Assembly (NCBI RefSeq): GCF_006345805.1
Contig: NC_043009.1
Span: forward strand, 57,598,001 to 57,662,000
Origin: Octopus sinensis
Lineage: Eukaryota
Direction of reading: 5' to 3'
Length of the DNA stretch: 64,000 bases
Below, one piece after another: positions 1 through 13,199 of this stretch; within the stretch, counting starts at the first letter, position 1; each line of letters begins with the position of its first letter. The notes under the pieces are model-generated. The model was not told the DNA's origin. It saw only the letters and a program-made list of their open reading frames with translations, and ran no database searches. Both the position numbers and the translations under genes were made by a program.

Positions 1-1060
1 ACAGGCTTACGAATACTTAGGAATCAATGGACTAGACAGATTATTATGCACAGAAATGAAAAAGAAAGATTAGGAAGGAATTTTATGGTACATTACAGTA
101 ATACATAATACAGAACTAAAAAAAAGCGGAAAAAATAAGGTAATGTGTACTAACACTGTTGCTGTATAGCTATAGTTATAATATTCTCTACCGGACTATA
201 AATGAATTCGCGAGACTAATCAGAAAATAATGACGGGATTTAGATTTGTCATCCCAAATCATTAATCATATTTACAACGAATACAGGAAATTATGCAGCT
301 AGAAAACTATTATAAAATATTTACTATAAGACTACAAAACAACAAAATTAGATATTTTCTCTCTTCGAGTAGTCAACGGGTACAAAACAGAGGCTGAAAT
401 AACAGATAGTTAAAGAAGAATGTGAATCAGTAATGGACACTTTGTGAAAAATAGTGAAGAATTAGTGTTAAAATGAGTTTTTTTTTTTGTTTTTTTGCCA
501 TGAACAAAATAGTAAACTTTATGGAAATAGATAAGGAAAAATTATAGCGTTGGCTGAGAGGTGCAAGACATGAAGTTGACATTGAAGGCGTCTTTATTGC
601 AGCATGGAATGAAAAATTTCTTATCAGAAACCGCGAAAGTACAAAACAAAGCAGGTTGAATAACTACAGAATATGTGGAGATGTGAAGAAACAATTAACT
701 AGATTGTCATTAGCTTCCCAAGGCTACATCTTAATAGCATGACAGAGTTGGATTTGCATACACTGAAAATTATGCCAGTATTATGGAAGTTCAAAAGGAA
801 AGCGGTGGTATAGACATAAACTAGAGAAGCTCTCAGGGAATGATTGATCTATCATACTCTGGGGTGTAGCAACAGGTATAGATAAGATCAAGGTCACTCG
901 GCCAGATATTTTCGTCAAGATCAATCAAGAATGGAAGTTTCTCCTAATCGAAGTATCAATCCCAACAAACGATGGTGTAGCTCAAAAAGAAACTGAGAAA
1001 TTATCTAAATATAAAGATTTACATATAACATGAACGAAAGCAATGGAAACTGAAACGACC
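1..1060 (+). mobile_element. Degraded RLE-type non-LTR retrotransposon (R4/Dong-like), RT C-terminus to restriction-like endonuclease region
   Basis: Frame-broken translations AYEYLGI (5-25), RPDI (899-910), LIEVSIP (~943-963) and ETEKLSKYKDL (~988-1020) match the PD-(D/E)xK RLE region; many stops and frameshifts. Confidence 0.75.
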
Positions 1061-1097
1061 ACCATGATTGTTTCAAATTTTGACACAAAGTCAAAAG

Positions 1098-1665
1098 CCA
1101 TGGCATTGTAACCCGCCTTCCTCTAGAACTAATGGGGGGACCATCATTATCAACAGTAGAAGCACCACCAACACCACCTCCACCATCACTGCCTTATCAT
1201 TACAGCTGTCCACACTATCACCACCAACGTTATCATCGTTACCATTAGCATCACCATTGCTGTTAGCATCGCCGCCGCCACCTCTATCGTCATTACAACC
1301 ATATCCGTCATCATCGTCATCACCATGAAGATCACCACTAACGATAAAACCACCAGAATCACAGTTACTCCTACTAACACTTACGCTACCTCGTCAATTG
1401 CCACTACCACCACTACCACCACCACCACCACTACTACGACTACTATTATTATTACTAATACAACTACAACTACTATTACCATCACCAAACTTAATTTGAC
1501 CTATTACCCCGCCATCACCACCATCATCAATACTACCACCAGCACTATCTCACCAATTACCAGCGCCAGAACCACCACCACTACTACTACTACCACAACC
1601 AACATTATTTCACCTGTTACTACAGCCACCATCAGCACTACCACCAACACCATCACCATTCCATA
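1098..1665 (+). repeat. Degenerate ACC/ACT/ATC triplet block, paralogous to 6961-7480
   Basis: Shares non-trivial stretches with 6961-7480, e.g. CATGGCATTG..., GCCACCTCTAT.(G/A)TCAT.ACAACCATATCCGTCATC and CCACCAGCACTATCTCAC. Confidence 0.75.
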
Positions 1666-1744
1666 AGTCTTAAAGATTTACATATAACAAGAAAGAGAGT
1701 ATTGAAAACTGAAACAACCACAATAAATGTTTCAATTTAAAGCA

Positions 1745-1937
1745 GTTTTATAGGGAGGGGGAGACTTGATTCCATAAACCCTAGTATTTGATTCGTACTT
1801 TATTTATCGACTCTGAAGAGATAAAAGAAAGGCAAAGTCGCCCTCGGTGGAATTTGAACTCAGAACGTAAAGACGAACGAAATGCCGCTAAGCATTTTGC
1901 CTGGCGTGCAAGCGATTCGGCCATCTTGCCGCCTTAA
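1745..1937 (-). mobile_element. tRNA-derived SINE family A
   Basis: Reverse complement has the A-box-like head, B-box GAGTTCAAATTCC and the core ...TTTC...GTCGATAAATAAAGTAC. Confidence 0.8.
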
Positions 1938-1989
1938 CCCCTATATTAACAGTAATAGGTGCTTTGGAGATGATTCTTGAAAGATATCG

Positions 1990-2470
1990 TGCAGACATAA
2001 CTAACCAAAGCATACAAGACTTACAAATACGCACAACATGAAGGGAGTAGCAGCACTGGATCTTGCATTTCAGAGGAAGGAATTTCAACCGTGTTTCGTG
2101 GTCTGCTACCACAACTGCTCCTTAATAGGATCCAATTAGCTCAAGACATCATCAGGATGAACTACGTCTAGTTTCGGCCCCTACTCCTCTACCGTTTAGA
2201 TGTGTCACCCCCCCACCCACCTTTTGGAAGTGTCTTCAGCTCTAGTGTTGGGTGCATGTCTTCTTTCTTCTTTCTTCTGTTCCTTGGCCTCTTCGATGTA
2301 TCGTCAACGAGTGTCAGCGGGCGACTGCTTGTCTTGTCCAATTTCCCTTTAGATACCTGCTGCTAGGCTCCAGAAGGTAGCCCAGCAAGTTGTCATGTGA
2401 CACTGTTTCAACTCTAACTGACCAATGAAGGCACATAGTCTTAGCCCACGCATTCTCTAAACGAGACCGT
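1990..2470 (-). mobile_element. Possible Penelope-like element 3' remnant (GIY-YIG-like peptides followed by a degenerate hammerhead-like pLTR)
   Basis: Minus-strand broken peptides FIGQ and (S)AVA..H, then CTGATGA...AGACCACGAAACACGGTT at 2159-2085. Highly decayed. Confidence 0.35.
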
Positions 2471-3005
2471 CACCTGTCAATCAGCGAAGCTAATTCAGTG
2501 TCAGCTTGTCTCACCTAGTGATGTTATTTTCCTGCCGGCATGTTATGACTTGGAGAAAAAAAATACAATTGAAATATTAAACTAAAACCAAACACTGCAC
2601 ATGACCAGGTCCCATAGACCTGCGCTCGGTAGTGCACTAAACGTAAACAAAAAAAATATGTCTTTTATTTACTACAGGGGTATTTCTGTGAAGGTTTCTA
2701 TAAAAAAAAATAAGAAGGGGAAGAAAGGGAGAAAGAGGGATATGCGATCAAATGTATACATTGTATGTGAACACATGATGATGCCGTTCTCCCATCACAA
2801 GAGACCTGCAACTAGCGCCAAGCAAGGAGTCCCACAGGTCCAATATCGCCATGATAATAATGCGCATAATCCTTCACTCAACTGATGTTCTTCGATCTAC
2901 AGGCACATGCTGTGAGCTACACCATTCATCCTCGTGGGCATATCCAAGCCCCTTAAGGGCTGTGCTCGGTAATGCCGAATAAGTACGCCATAATCTAATA
3001 CTGCC

Positions 3006-3007
<2 letters not shown>

Positions 3008-3071
<64 letters not shown>

Positions 3072-3075
3072 TAAT
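3008..3075. repeat. (AAT)n microsatellite
   Basis: Direct reading. Confidence 0.95.
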
Positions 3076-3290
3076 CCTTTCTACCATAGGCACAAGTGCT
3101 GAAATTTTGTAGGAGGGGACTAATCGATTACATAGACCCCAGTATTTCAGTGGTACTTAATTCATCGACCCCGAAGGGATGAAAGGCAAAATCGACAACA
3201 CCGGAATTTGAACACAGAACGTAGCGACGGACGAAATGCCGCCTAAGCATTTCGTCCAGCGTGCTAAAGATTCTGCCAGCTCGCAACTTC
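3075..3290 (-). mobile_element. SINE family A
   Basis: Full head, core and 3' end (CTTGTGCCTATGGTAGAAAGGAT) on the minus strand. Confidence 0.85.
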
Positions 3291-3326
3291 AATAATGATG
3301 TTGATGATGATGTTGATGATGATGAC

Positions 3327-3362
<36 letters not shown>

Positions 3363-3639
3363 AATTACTACAATAATAAACAAATCTATTGTGCTTGATC
3401 GATTTTTTTGTCTGTTCATGTCGCTGTTTTTGTTTCTTTATTCTTTTCCAATTTGTATCAACAAGGAATCAATGAGTGGAAAACCATTGTAAATACAATA
3501 TCATTCGCTATTGTTTCTATAGCAACCGTAATGGCAGCCACCCGTTTCATTATCATAGCCAACCATTTAAGTATCTACACATACGATTACTTACATATCG
3601 TGCCCATCCGCCTACGCAAGCGATTCATTTATCTTTATT

Positions 3640-3729
3640 CTCATTACCAAACAACCACCATCAACGCCACCACACCACCAATACTGTTACTAACACTACC
3701 ACTACCACCAAAACTGTCACTACCACAAA

Positions 3730-3771
<42 letters not shown>

Positions 3772-4160
3772 GACTAATGCTACTACTACGACTACTACTA
3801 CCAATATCATAATTACTACCAGCACCATCACCTCAACCACCACCACTACCAGTACCTCCACTGTTACCAAAATTGTGAATATTACCCACTAACATCATCA
3901 TCACAACAACCACTAACATCGCCACCTCTAATACTTCAACCACAACTAGCGTTACCACCGCCGGCAGCAACACCATCACTACAGCCTCTGCTACCACCAA
4001 CGCCACCATCATTTCCAATACTGGGAATATCATAACTAGTTATACGACTACTACCACCGATACTATCATTGTAACTATCTCCTGTACAGTAAATATTACT
4101 TACTACCAAGCACTACCACCAACACCGAGACCATTGTTATCACCGTTACCCGCATTGTTA
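3640..4160 (+). repeat. Degenerate ACT/ACC triplet low-complexity block
   Basis: Direct reading; no frame is maintained across the block. Confidence 0.8.
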
Positions 4161-4164
4161 ATAT

Positions 4165-4385
4165 CCGCCTCAAATTTTGACACAAGGCCAGCAATTACGG
4201 GGCGGGGGGCGGGGGTGAGAAGTCGATTACATTGACTCCAGTGATAGACTGGTACTTATTTTATCGACCTTGAAGGGATGAAAGGCAAAGTCGACCTCGG
4301 CGGAATTCGATCTCAAAACGTAAAGACAGACGAAATGCTGCTGAGCATTTTGTCCGGCACGTTAACGACTCTGCCAGCTCGCCCC
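4165..4385 (-). mobile_element. SINE family A
   Basis: GAAGGGATGAAAGGCAAAGTCGACCTCGGCGGAATT core on the plus strand. Confidence 0.85.
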
Positions 4386-4707
4386 CCACCCGCGACATAA
4401 ATATTACCCACCATCACTGCTACTCCTATCACGTGTCAATAGAGGATCCTGTAGGTCATCGACCAAGTTGATGGTGAAAGAAGCCGCATGTCTTTCAGTC
4501 ATACACTGCGGCCTTAATAGAAGACGGACATATTGAATAACTGGACTCTTGATGTAGCCTGCCTCAAATTAACACGGGGTGGTAACGGTTGAGGTGCTTA
4601 TAATCATAGGTATGTTGAATCGAGGCTGAAGTTAATATAACACCTGTAGAACAATACATTATTATCACTACACACACCACCATCAACATCAATACCTGCA
4701 CAATTAT

Positions 4708-4912
4708 TGGCTTCAAATTTTGGCAGAAGGCCAAGAATTTTGCGGAAGAGCGTAAGTCGATTACATTGACCCCAGTGCGTAATTGGTACTTAATTTATCG
4801 GCCCCGAAAGGATGAAAGGCTAAGTGGACCTCGGCGGAATTTGAACTCAGAACGTACAGACGGACAAAATGCCGCTAAGCATTTTGCAGGCATGTTAACG
4901 CCAGCTCGCTGT
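4708..4912 (-). mobile_element. SINE family A
   Basis: Same head, core and TTTCAAATTTTGGCA 3' end. Confidence 0.85.
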
Positions 4913-5029
4913 CTTAGCTTGTACTGATATTAACTAACCACATCACTCCATTATCATTATTTTCACTAGCACCACCACCATCCCTAATACCACGCTACCA
5001 CGCACGGCACGAGACAATGAAGGAGCCTC

Positions 5030-5900
5030 TGCAAGATTGGTCGACCTGCGAAAAATAGCAACCAAAAGTTCAATCAAACCACACACCACCATCTAGGAAA
5101 TGAAGTTTTTGTTATATTCATCTTGTGTGTTGTTGAGTAGAGATCCTCAGCAAAGGTGAAGCTTGGAATTTGCAGCAATGATGAGGGATCTAGTTACGCG
5201 TTGTTTATGCTAAAGATTTGGGCTGAGTGCGATATATTTCCATCTCTGTATAACGATTGCGTCATTATGTGCAGCTGAAGGAAACAACATTAGACATTGC
5301 CTCTTAAGAGGATGTTCCAGAAGCATTGGTTTATGAAACAGTCGCCAAGTCTCCCTCAAATCACGCTTTGGACACATCGAAAAATGTAATGCTAGGTATA
5401 CAAAGCCAGAAAAAAAGACAAAGATAGTAACTGGCGCTAACCCTTTGACCTTCGATCTTCTCAACAAAGATTATCTTAGGGCTAGAAAACAGCAACGCAG
5501 AGGAGCCGTCGATGAGAAAAGTTTTATATGGTCACAAAACATGCTAGAAATAATAGCCAAGTATACCACACCAAGAAATTACCCACTGCCGAAGAAGTTA
5601 TCATTGGATATGAATTCATTAGGGGATGTTTTAAAAGTAGCGGTTTATGAAATAGCTTGCGAGTTTATGAATAGCGCTCATAAAATCATATAAATGTCAC
5701 ATCATATGATGTCATTTTAGGAATACAAAGCCAGAAAGGAAAAAAAAGAGACAGATGGTAACTGCTATGAAACCTTTGATCTTAGACCAGCTTAACCAGG
5801 GCTTACTTGGGACTAAACAATTGCAATACAGAAGAGCTGACAAGGCAAGTTCTAAATGAGTGAGTGACATGCTACAAATATGATTCAAATACAGTTCCTC
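5030..5900 (+). repeat. Old degenerate tandem repeat (units sharing (GCT)AGAAATAGCAGCCAA-like and ATACAAAGCCAGAAA motifs)
   Basis: 5398-5570 aligns loosely with 5722-5890; related motifs near 5050 and 5335. Confidence 0.5.
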
Positions 5901-6351
5901 AAAACATTCAGAGTTGCCTTCAGCTGGAAACCCATATAGTTAGGTTGATATTCGCATGAATACTGAATTCATCAAAATTATATATGTAGTGAAAATAATG
6001 GTTAAGGTGGTGAATTGGCTACATTTTCAGAACGTTCGATAGAATTTCTAGCAGTATTTGTTCCAACTTTTGTGCTCTGGGCTCAAATCCTACGAAAGTC
6101 GTACCATTTACGCTTTCGGTTCGGCGAAACATTCTAATCTAGGATGAAGATAGGGTTTGGTAAAATTGTTAGAATATCAAGATCGATTCCGACTCATTGC
6201 GTTCTGGCTGCAACGTCTCCAATGACAATGGTGCCAAGACGTATCAATTTAAGTCAATGAATTTTCCTTTAGATAAACATCAGTGAGTTGGAGAGAGGAA
6301 TTTTGCATGTATGGGCAACAGCCTATCTTCCTAAACAAAAACATCTCGCCT

Positions 6352-6805
6352 AAATTGTGTGGTAAGAAGCTTGGTTTCCAACCACATGGTTCCTGGTTTA
6401 GTCCCACTACCTGGTACCTTCAGCAATGACAAATGTCTTCTACAATAGCCTTTGATCAACTAAAGCCTTGTGAGTGGATTTGGAAAAACGGAAACTGAAA
6501 GAATCCCATCGTATATATATATATATATACGACGGGCTTATATATACATGTGTGTGTATGTATTGTGTGAGTGTGTGTGTGTGTGTCTGTGTTTGTCCCC
6601 ACCACCACTTGACAACCGGCGTTGGTGTTTTTACGTCACTGTTAAATAGCGGTTCGGCAAAGGATACCGATAGAATAAGTACCAGGCTTAAAAAATATAA
6701 CTTAAGTGTTGGTGACGATTCATTCGACTAAATCTTCTGAGCAGTGCTCCAGCATGGCCGTAGTCTAACGACTGAAACAAGTAGAACATAAATGATAAAA
6801 GATAG
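6352..6805 (+). mobile_element. tRNA-derived SINE family B (central TA/TG microsatellite)
   Basis: Head GTGTGGTAAGAAGCTTG...GGTTTAGTCCC, CAAAGCCTTGTGAGTGGATTTGG, central microsatellite, 3' CTCCAGCATGGCCG...GACTGAAACAAG. Confidence 0.9.
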
Positions 6806-6960
6806 CAAATAAATAAAATAAGCCAGTAGTTTACATGTGTAGGTACTAAGTCCACCTTGGCCACAGATTTTTTTTCTTTTTTATGCAGTCGCCAAATTGC
6901 AATAATTTATGAGCAACATTAACCGCATTAGTTTCCGTGTCTCGAAGGGTTCGCAGAAGG

Positions 6961-7835
6961 CATGGCATTGCTTCCCACTTTCCTCCAGAACTGGGGGGAG
7001 GGCGAGAAAGCATCATTATCACCACCACCACCAACGTTAGTATCGTTACCACAAACATCACCATTGCTCAGCGTCACCACCGCCGCCGCCACCTCTATGA
7101 TCATCACAACCATATCCGTCATCGTCATCACCATCAAGACCACTACTAGCGATAAAACTGCCATTTCCACGGTTACTCCTAATACCACCGACACTATCTC
7201 GCCCATTACCACCACCATCATCACACCATCACCACGACCACCACTACTACAAATACTACTACTACAAATACTACTACTACTACTACTACTACTACTACAG
7301 CCATCAACACTATTTCAGCTATTACGACCGCCATCATCACCACCACCCATACTACCACCAGCACTATCTCACAAATTCCCAGCACCACCACCACTACTAC
7401 TACAACTACCAACAGTATTTCACCTATTACTACAGCCACCATCAGTACCACAACCAACGCTGTCTCAACCATTAACATCATCCGCACCACTTCATCAACC
7501 TTACTACTACTACTACTACTACTACTACAACTGCTGCTGCTGCTGCTACCACAACCACTATTACTACTGACCCCACCGCCCCCAGCACCACGTGCATTTC
7601 TGACCCCACTGCAATCGACATCCCAATCACTACCGCCATTAATAATACTACCACTGACGCAACTACTACTACTACTACTACTACTACTACAACTAATAAT
7701 AATAATAATAATACTACCTCCACTGCTACTACTACTATTACTACTATTACTACCACCACCACCACCACCACCACTACCACTACTACCACTTCTACTTCTA
7801 CTACTACTAAACCCCCACCAACTCCAACATCTCCC
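6961..7835 (+). repeat. Degenerate ACC/ACT triplet block; 6961-7480 paralogous to 1098-1665
   Basis: Colinear similarity to 1098-1665. Confidence 0.75.
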
Positions 7836-8227
7836 ATATCCTTTTGTGTTTAGACCTGATAACTCTACTGTTATATATGCACCTATATATATATATACAT
7901 ATATGCCTGTATGTATAACAAATCTATATGCGTGTGCATGTCAGCTGTGTGTATGTATGCATGTGTGTGTGCTTGTGTGTATTTGTTTATACATTGTGTA
8001 TAAGTGTGAGGGAGTGTGGAGCCTTGGAGTAGGGGAGAGTATATAAGCAGATCGATATTCGATTTCTACATTTCTCTATTTTTCCTTTAGAAATCCATAT
8101 TGATTATATATCCCAGCCCTTCCACTTGTATAAATGCCGAAATATAAAGATTCGTTCGGTGGGCATATGTGTATACATACATGTATGCATGTATGTTTGT
8201 TTGTGTGTGTGTATGCGTATTCGTGTA

Positions 8228-8269
<42 letters not shown>

Positions 8270-8478
8270 GATACATATGTGTATACACTTATACGTATAT
8301 ACATACAATAATATGCGTGTATATATAAATATGGATACACTCTCAAGTGTCTGTGTATATATACATGCATATACGAACATAAAAAGCATACATATATATG
8401 GATATATATATACATACACATACACACGAAGTTACTTGCGTACACATATACACACACATGTATACACACGTATTCACA

Positions 8479-8552
<74 letters not shown>

Positions 8553-8879
8553 TATATCACCTGCACACATATAAATATCTATATACATATAATATACAAT
8601 ATATGTGTTTGTGTGTGTACGTATGAATGTATGTATATATGCTATGAAAATGTGTGTAGAAATGCATGTGTGCATGTACTTATGCATGCATGTGTGCACG
8701 TATGTGTCAAAATTATTATTTCATATTGCGTTTGTGCAACCCCATACGCATGATATCGGCTGCATATGCTTATACCGTATACGTCGTGCATTATCTGTGT
8801 GCGCGTATCTACTTATACGCGCGCACGTGCATGTATGTATGTACGTATGTATGTATGAGTTTCCTTTCACCTGTAGTCG

Positions 8880-9308
8880 AGCGATTGTTAGAAGTTTACA
8901 TTGTTGTTTCCTTTTATTTTAGTTTTTCTCGCCATTTATTATTCTTTTTCTTATTGTTGTTATTGTTCTTCATACTATTGTTCATCATTGTTGTTTTTGT
9001 TATATTGCATCATTGTTGTTGTTGCTATTGGTTATTGCTGTTGCTGTTCTTGTGGTTGTTATTGTCTTTGTTGTTCTTGTTACTATTACTACTTTTTTCC
9101 GTTGTTGTTTTTCTTGTTATTGTAACTATTGTTAATACTGCTGTTGTTACCGCAGTCTTTGTTGTAATATGTACCGTTGTTCATATTGTTGTTATTGTCA
9201 CTGTTACTGCTATTATTGTTTTTGCTATTGTTACTGTTGTTCTTGTTATCACTGCTACAGTTGTTGTTATCGTCATTGCTGCTTTTGTTGTCGTTGTTGT
9301 TGTTGTTG

Positions 9309-9376
<68 letters not shown>

Positions 9377-10610
9377 GTAACTGTTGTTGTTATTCTTATT
9401 CTCTTTGACCTATATGTTATGTTGGTCGTTGTCGTTGTTCTTTTCCATACAGAAGCCGCTTTCTCTTCTCCTTCCTCTACCGACCTCTTTTCTTTCCTTC
9501 CCCTTTCCCCGCATCCCACCCTCTTTCATCTTTTCCCCTCCTCTTACCACGTCCGACATTTCTCCCTTCTTTTTCATTCATTTCCCTCAATCTCTTCTTT
9601 CTTCTTTTTCTGTCCCTTCTTCCATTCCTTCCTCTTATTACCCTGCCATCTTAACCCAGACCCTAACCCAAACCCTAACCCTTCCTTCCTCACTTCCTTT
9701 CTTCCTTCCTTCATTTCTTCCTTCTTTCCTTTCTTCCTTTATTCCTTTCTTCCTTCCTTCCTCCCTCTTCTCCTCCCTCCCTTCCTTCCTTACTTTCTTC
9801 CTTCCTTCCTTACCTCATTCCCTCCTATTTTTTTCTTTCGTTTCGCTTTTGTTTTCCAAATTCACTTTAATTTCATTTTCTATTCAACATTTCTTTAATT
9901 TCTTTCTCAAATATTTCGGAACCCACATTTTTGTTTTCTGTTTTATATTTTATTTTTTTTATGTAATTTTGTTCTACATTTTTATATATTTATCTTTCTA
10001 GAACGAAATATTTACTTTTCTTCATATTTCATTTTCGTGTTTTGTTTACAATTTCGATCAAAGCTTTTGTTTAAGTTTTCGTTTACAATCTCGTTACATT
10101 CTTGTTTGCATTCTTGATTGCATTTTCTTCATATTCTTTTTATATTCATGCAAGTCGTCCTCGTATTTATTGTTTCAATTTTGCCCACATTCTTATTTTT
10201 ATTGTTTACGTCTTCGCTTACTCTCTCGACGACATTTTTTGTATATATTTTTGTTTTCATTTATGTTGACATTTTCCTTCACATTCTTTACGTTTTTGTT
10301 TGTATTCCTGTTTGTATTATTGTTTACGTTTTTCGTTATATTGTTTCCTCCTTATATTTGTCCTTCAAATATTTGTTGATATTCTTATTCACATTCTTGT
10401 CAACATTGCTGTTTAACTATCTATTTACGTCGTTGTTGACATTATTGTTTATTTTTTAATATTGAGTTGTTTACATTTCATTTGCATGTTTGTTTACATT
10501 TTTTGTTTATATTTATTTACATTGTCATTACGTTCTTAATTAAGTTCATGTTCACGTTTTTATTGATACTGTTGTTTACATTTTGTTTCAACATTTTCTT
10601 TATATCCTTT
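8880..10610. repeat. T-rich low-complexity region (TTG, ATT, CTT/CCTT and TTTACATT-like degenerate repeats)
   Basis: Direct reading. Confidence 0.85.
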
Positions 10611-10969
10611 TATCTTTTATTTTTTTAATCACTTCAGTTATTAGACTGCGGCCATGCTGAGGCACTACCTTGAAGTATTTTTAGTCGATTGAATCGACTC
10701 CAATACATTTTCCTGACTGATACTTATTCTATCGGTCCCTTTTGCCACTTATGTTACAGGGACATACACACACCAACACCGGTTGTCAAATAGTAGTTGG
10801 GAACAAACATAGATACAAAGTCACGCTCACACACACACACACACACACATACAGACACAGACAGACACGCACATACACATACACATATATGTGTATGTGC
10901 GTTAAATAAAATGAGACAACAAAGCCAAGGTTGTGTGGAATTTCCAGGACATTTATAAAGAGAAGGTTA

Positions 10970-11017
10970 GCCTTACAGCTGTTTCTGGGATATTAGAGAT
11001 ATCCCTTCATCAGAGAC
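10970..11017 (-). ncRNA. Type I hammerhead-like motif within a Penelope pLTR-like fragment (~10900-11360)
   Basis: Minus strand GUCU CUGAUGA A GGGAUAU CUCUA AUAUCCC A GAAA CAGCUG UA AGGC; helix III ACAGCUGU is palindromic. Confidence 0.7.
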
Positions 11018-11378
11018 GTTGTGAGATGGTTAAATAGAGGGAAATATTAGAGTTCAATATACGGAGTTATTTTGGAAAAGGAGTATAAAGGTAAAAAGAG
11101 AATAAAAGTAAAAATAAAAATATATGTAGGATGGTTTAGTTCCAGTTCCATTATCCAAAAGGATATCCTTTTCCATAGTATGTAAATTCCGATAGGAGTT
11201 CAAATTTTGCCATTACAAATGTAAAGTCTAGAGACGTATATTCCATGTGCTGTTCATTCGAAGGGGTCTTGTGGTGTGAATGAAATTTTGAGAATTTAGT
11301 GGTAGTATTAAGTAGAGAGGAGAGAAAAGATGTGTTTTTAAAATGAGGACAATGGTCAAAACATACTTGCATATATAT

Positions 11379-11542
<164 letters not shown>

Positions 11543-11682
11543 CGGATATGTACTTGCATAGCAAGTGACCTGATCTGAGATTGTGTGCTGGAATGAAAAC
11601 GATTGCAGCGTGGAAGGTGTTTATAAGCCATTTAATAAACACACAAAGACTGTTAGATCCACCTCAACATTTAAATTTAATT

Positions 11683-11725
11683 TGCCAAAATATTTTCGTT
11701 GCTTTGACACCGCGACCTGTTCACT

Positions 11726-11729
<4 letters not shown>
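11683..11729 (-). ncRNA. Hammerhead-like motif with G3-C8 core variant, in a repeat spanning ~11541-11729
   Basis: Minus strand UGUCA GUGAACA G GUCGC GGUGUCAAA GCAAC GAAA AUAU UU UGGCA; helix III AAUAUU is palindromic. Confidence 0.55.
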
Positions 11730-11799
<70 letters not shown>

Positions 11800-12149
11800 C
11801 ATATATGCGATGGTTTTCTTTCAGTTTACGTCTACCAAATCCACTCACAAAACTTCGTTCTAGCTGAGGCTACAGTAGAGGACACTTACCCAAGATGGCA
11901 TGCAGTGGGACTGAACCCAGAATTAATGCTGTTGAGAAGCAAACTTCTTACCAGAGAGCCACGCCTGCGCTTATATTCTTCTCATTGTTGTTACATTTTT
12001 CTTTACACTCTTGTTGATCCTTTTCTCCACTGTTTCTTTTAGATGGCCTTCCTGTTTTTTTCCAGTAGAGGAATTATGTTGGGGAGACTAAAAACCGTAT
12101 AATGACGTAGTCTGGAATGATACAGTAAATAACCTTGCAGGACGATGTT

Positions 12150-12804
12150 GTTTGTAGCGAATGACGTAATGTATATGGTATTTATATTTTTGTGTAGTAT
12201 GATGTGGTGTGCATGAGATAAAGTTTTATACTATAGTGTGGTAACATAGGATGTACAAACCATCGTTGATGTAGGCGCTGTGTAATCTACAGGGGTGGAA
12301 TATAGTGTAGTTTGTATAGGGAATATTTTATAAAGCAGTGTTGCATAGCCTGGACGTTGTAATGCGGTGTTGTATAGTCTGGGTTGGTGTGCATAATGAA
12401 ATGTGTTGTAGTGTCATTTTGTGTTGTAGGGCGTGATGCAAAGAGGTGTTTTGTAGTCTAGTCTATAATGGTAGATGCGTAGAGCCATGTTGTATAGTGT
12501 AGTATGTAGTATGGTGTTTTTAGAGTAATGAGTTGCAGAGCATTGTTGTGTCGTAGCGTGTATTGTTATGTAGGTTAGAATGAAGTGAAGTGCAATGCAA
12601 ATTGGATGAATGAGTAGAGCTATGATCAAAGGAATTCTATTGGTGACCATTCCGTATATTTAGGTATACCGTAGACGCCATTCGCTGTTTTTAAGATGGT
12701 GGTGTACAATTTGAAGTAGATTTTGCTGCAAACTTTTTCAGGTCGAACGGTGACATGATACTCACTGGTGCCATGTAGTTTCGTATGGTAAGGTATGCAG
12801 TGTT

Positions 12805-12856
<52 letters not shown>

Positions 12857-13060
12857 CGCGTGCGTATGTGTGGTGTTCTGACGTGTTGTGCCTAGTGGCG
12901 TAGTGAAGTCTCGGATGGTTTGGTGTCTCATGGCGTGGTTTGGTGTATCGCAGCATGGTGATGTTTAGAGCAGTATAACCTAGTGTAATGGTAGTTTGTT
13001 GTAGTGGAGAGTGGTATGCTGTGTAGCAGTTTAGTGTTTTGTGTTAGGGTGGGTATGGTA
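12150..13060. repeat. Degenerate (GTGTA/TAGTG)-type pentamer low-complexity region with internal (GT)n
   Basis: Direct reading. Confidence 0.7.
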
Positions 13061-13199
13061 CAGTGCAGGAGTGAGGTCAGGAATCTCATTACAGGCTGAT
13101 GAGGCCAACTACGGGTACCATGCAAACCAGTGCTACATGTTTCATGGTCAAGTTTTCTGCGGTTAAACTGGTTCGCTATTTAGGTAGCTTGTTATTCTT

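Noticed and set aside
9655-9682. Telomere-like CCCTAA motifs
   Set aside because: Only two imperfect units within a pyrimidine-rich low-complexity tract.
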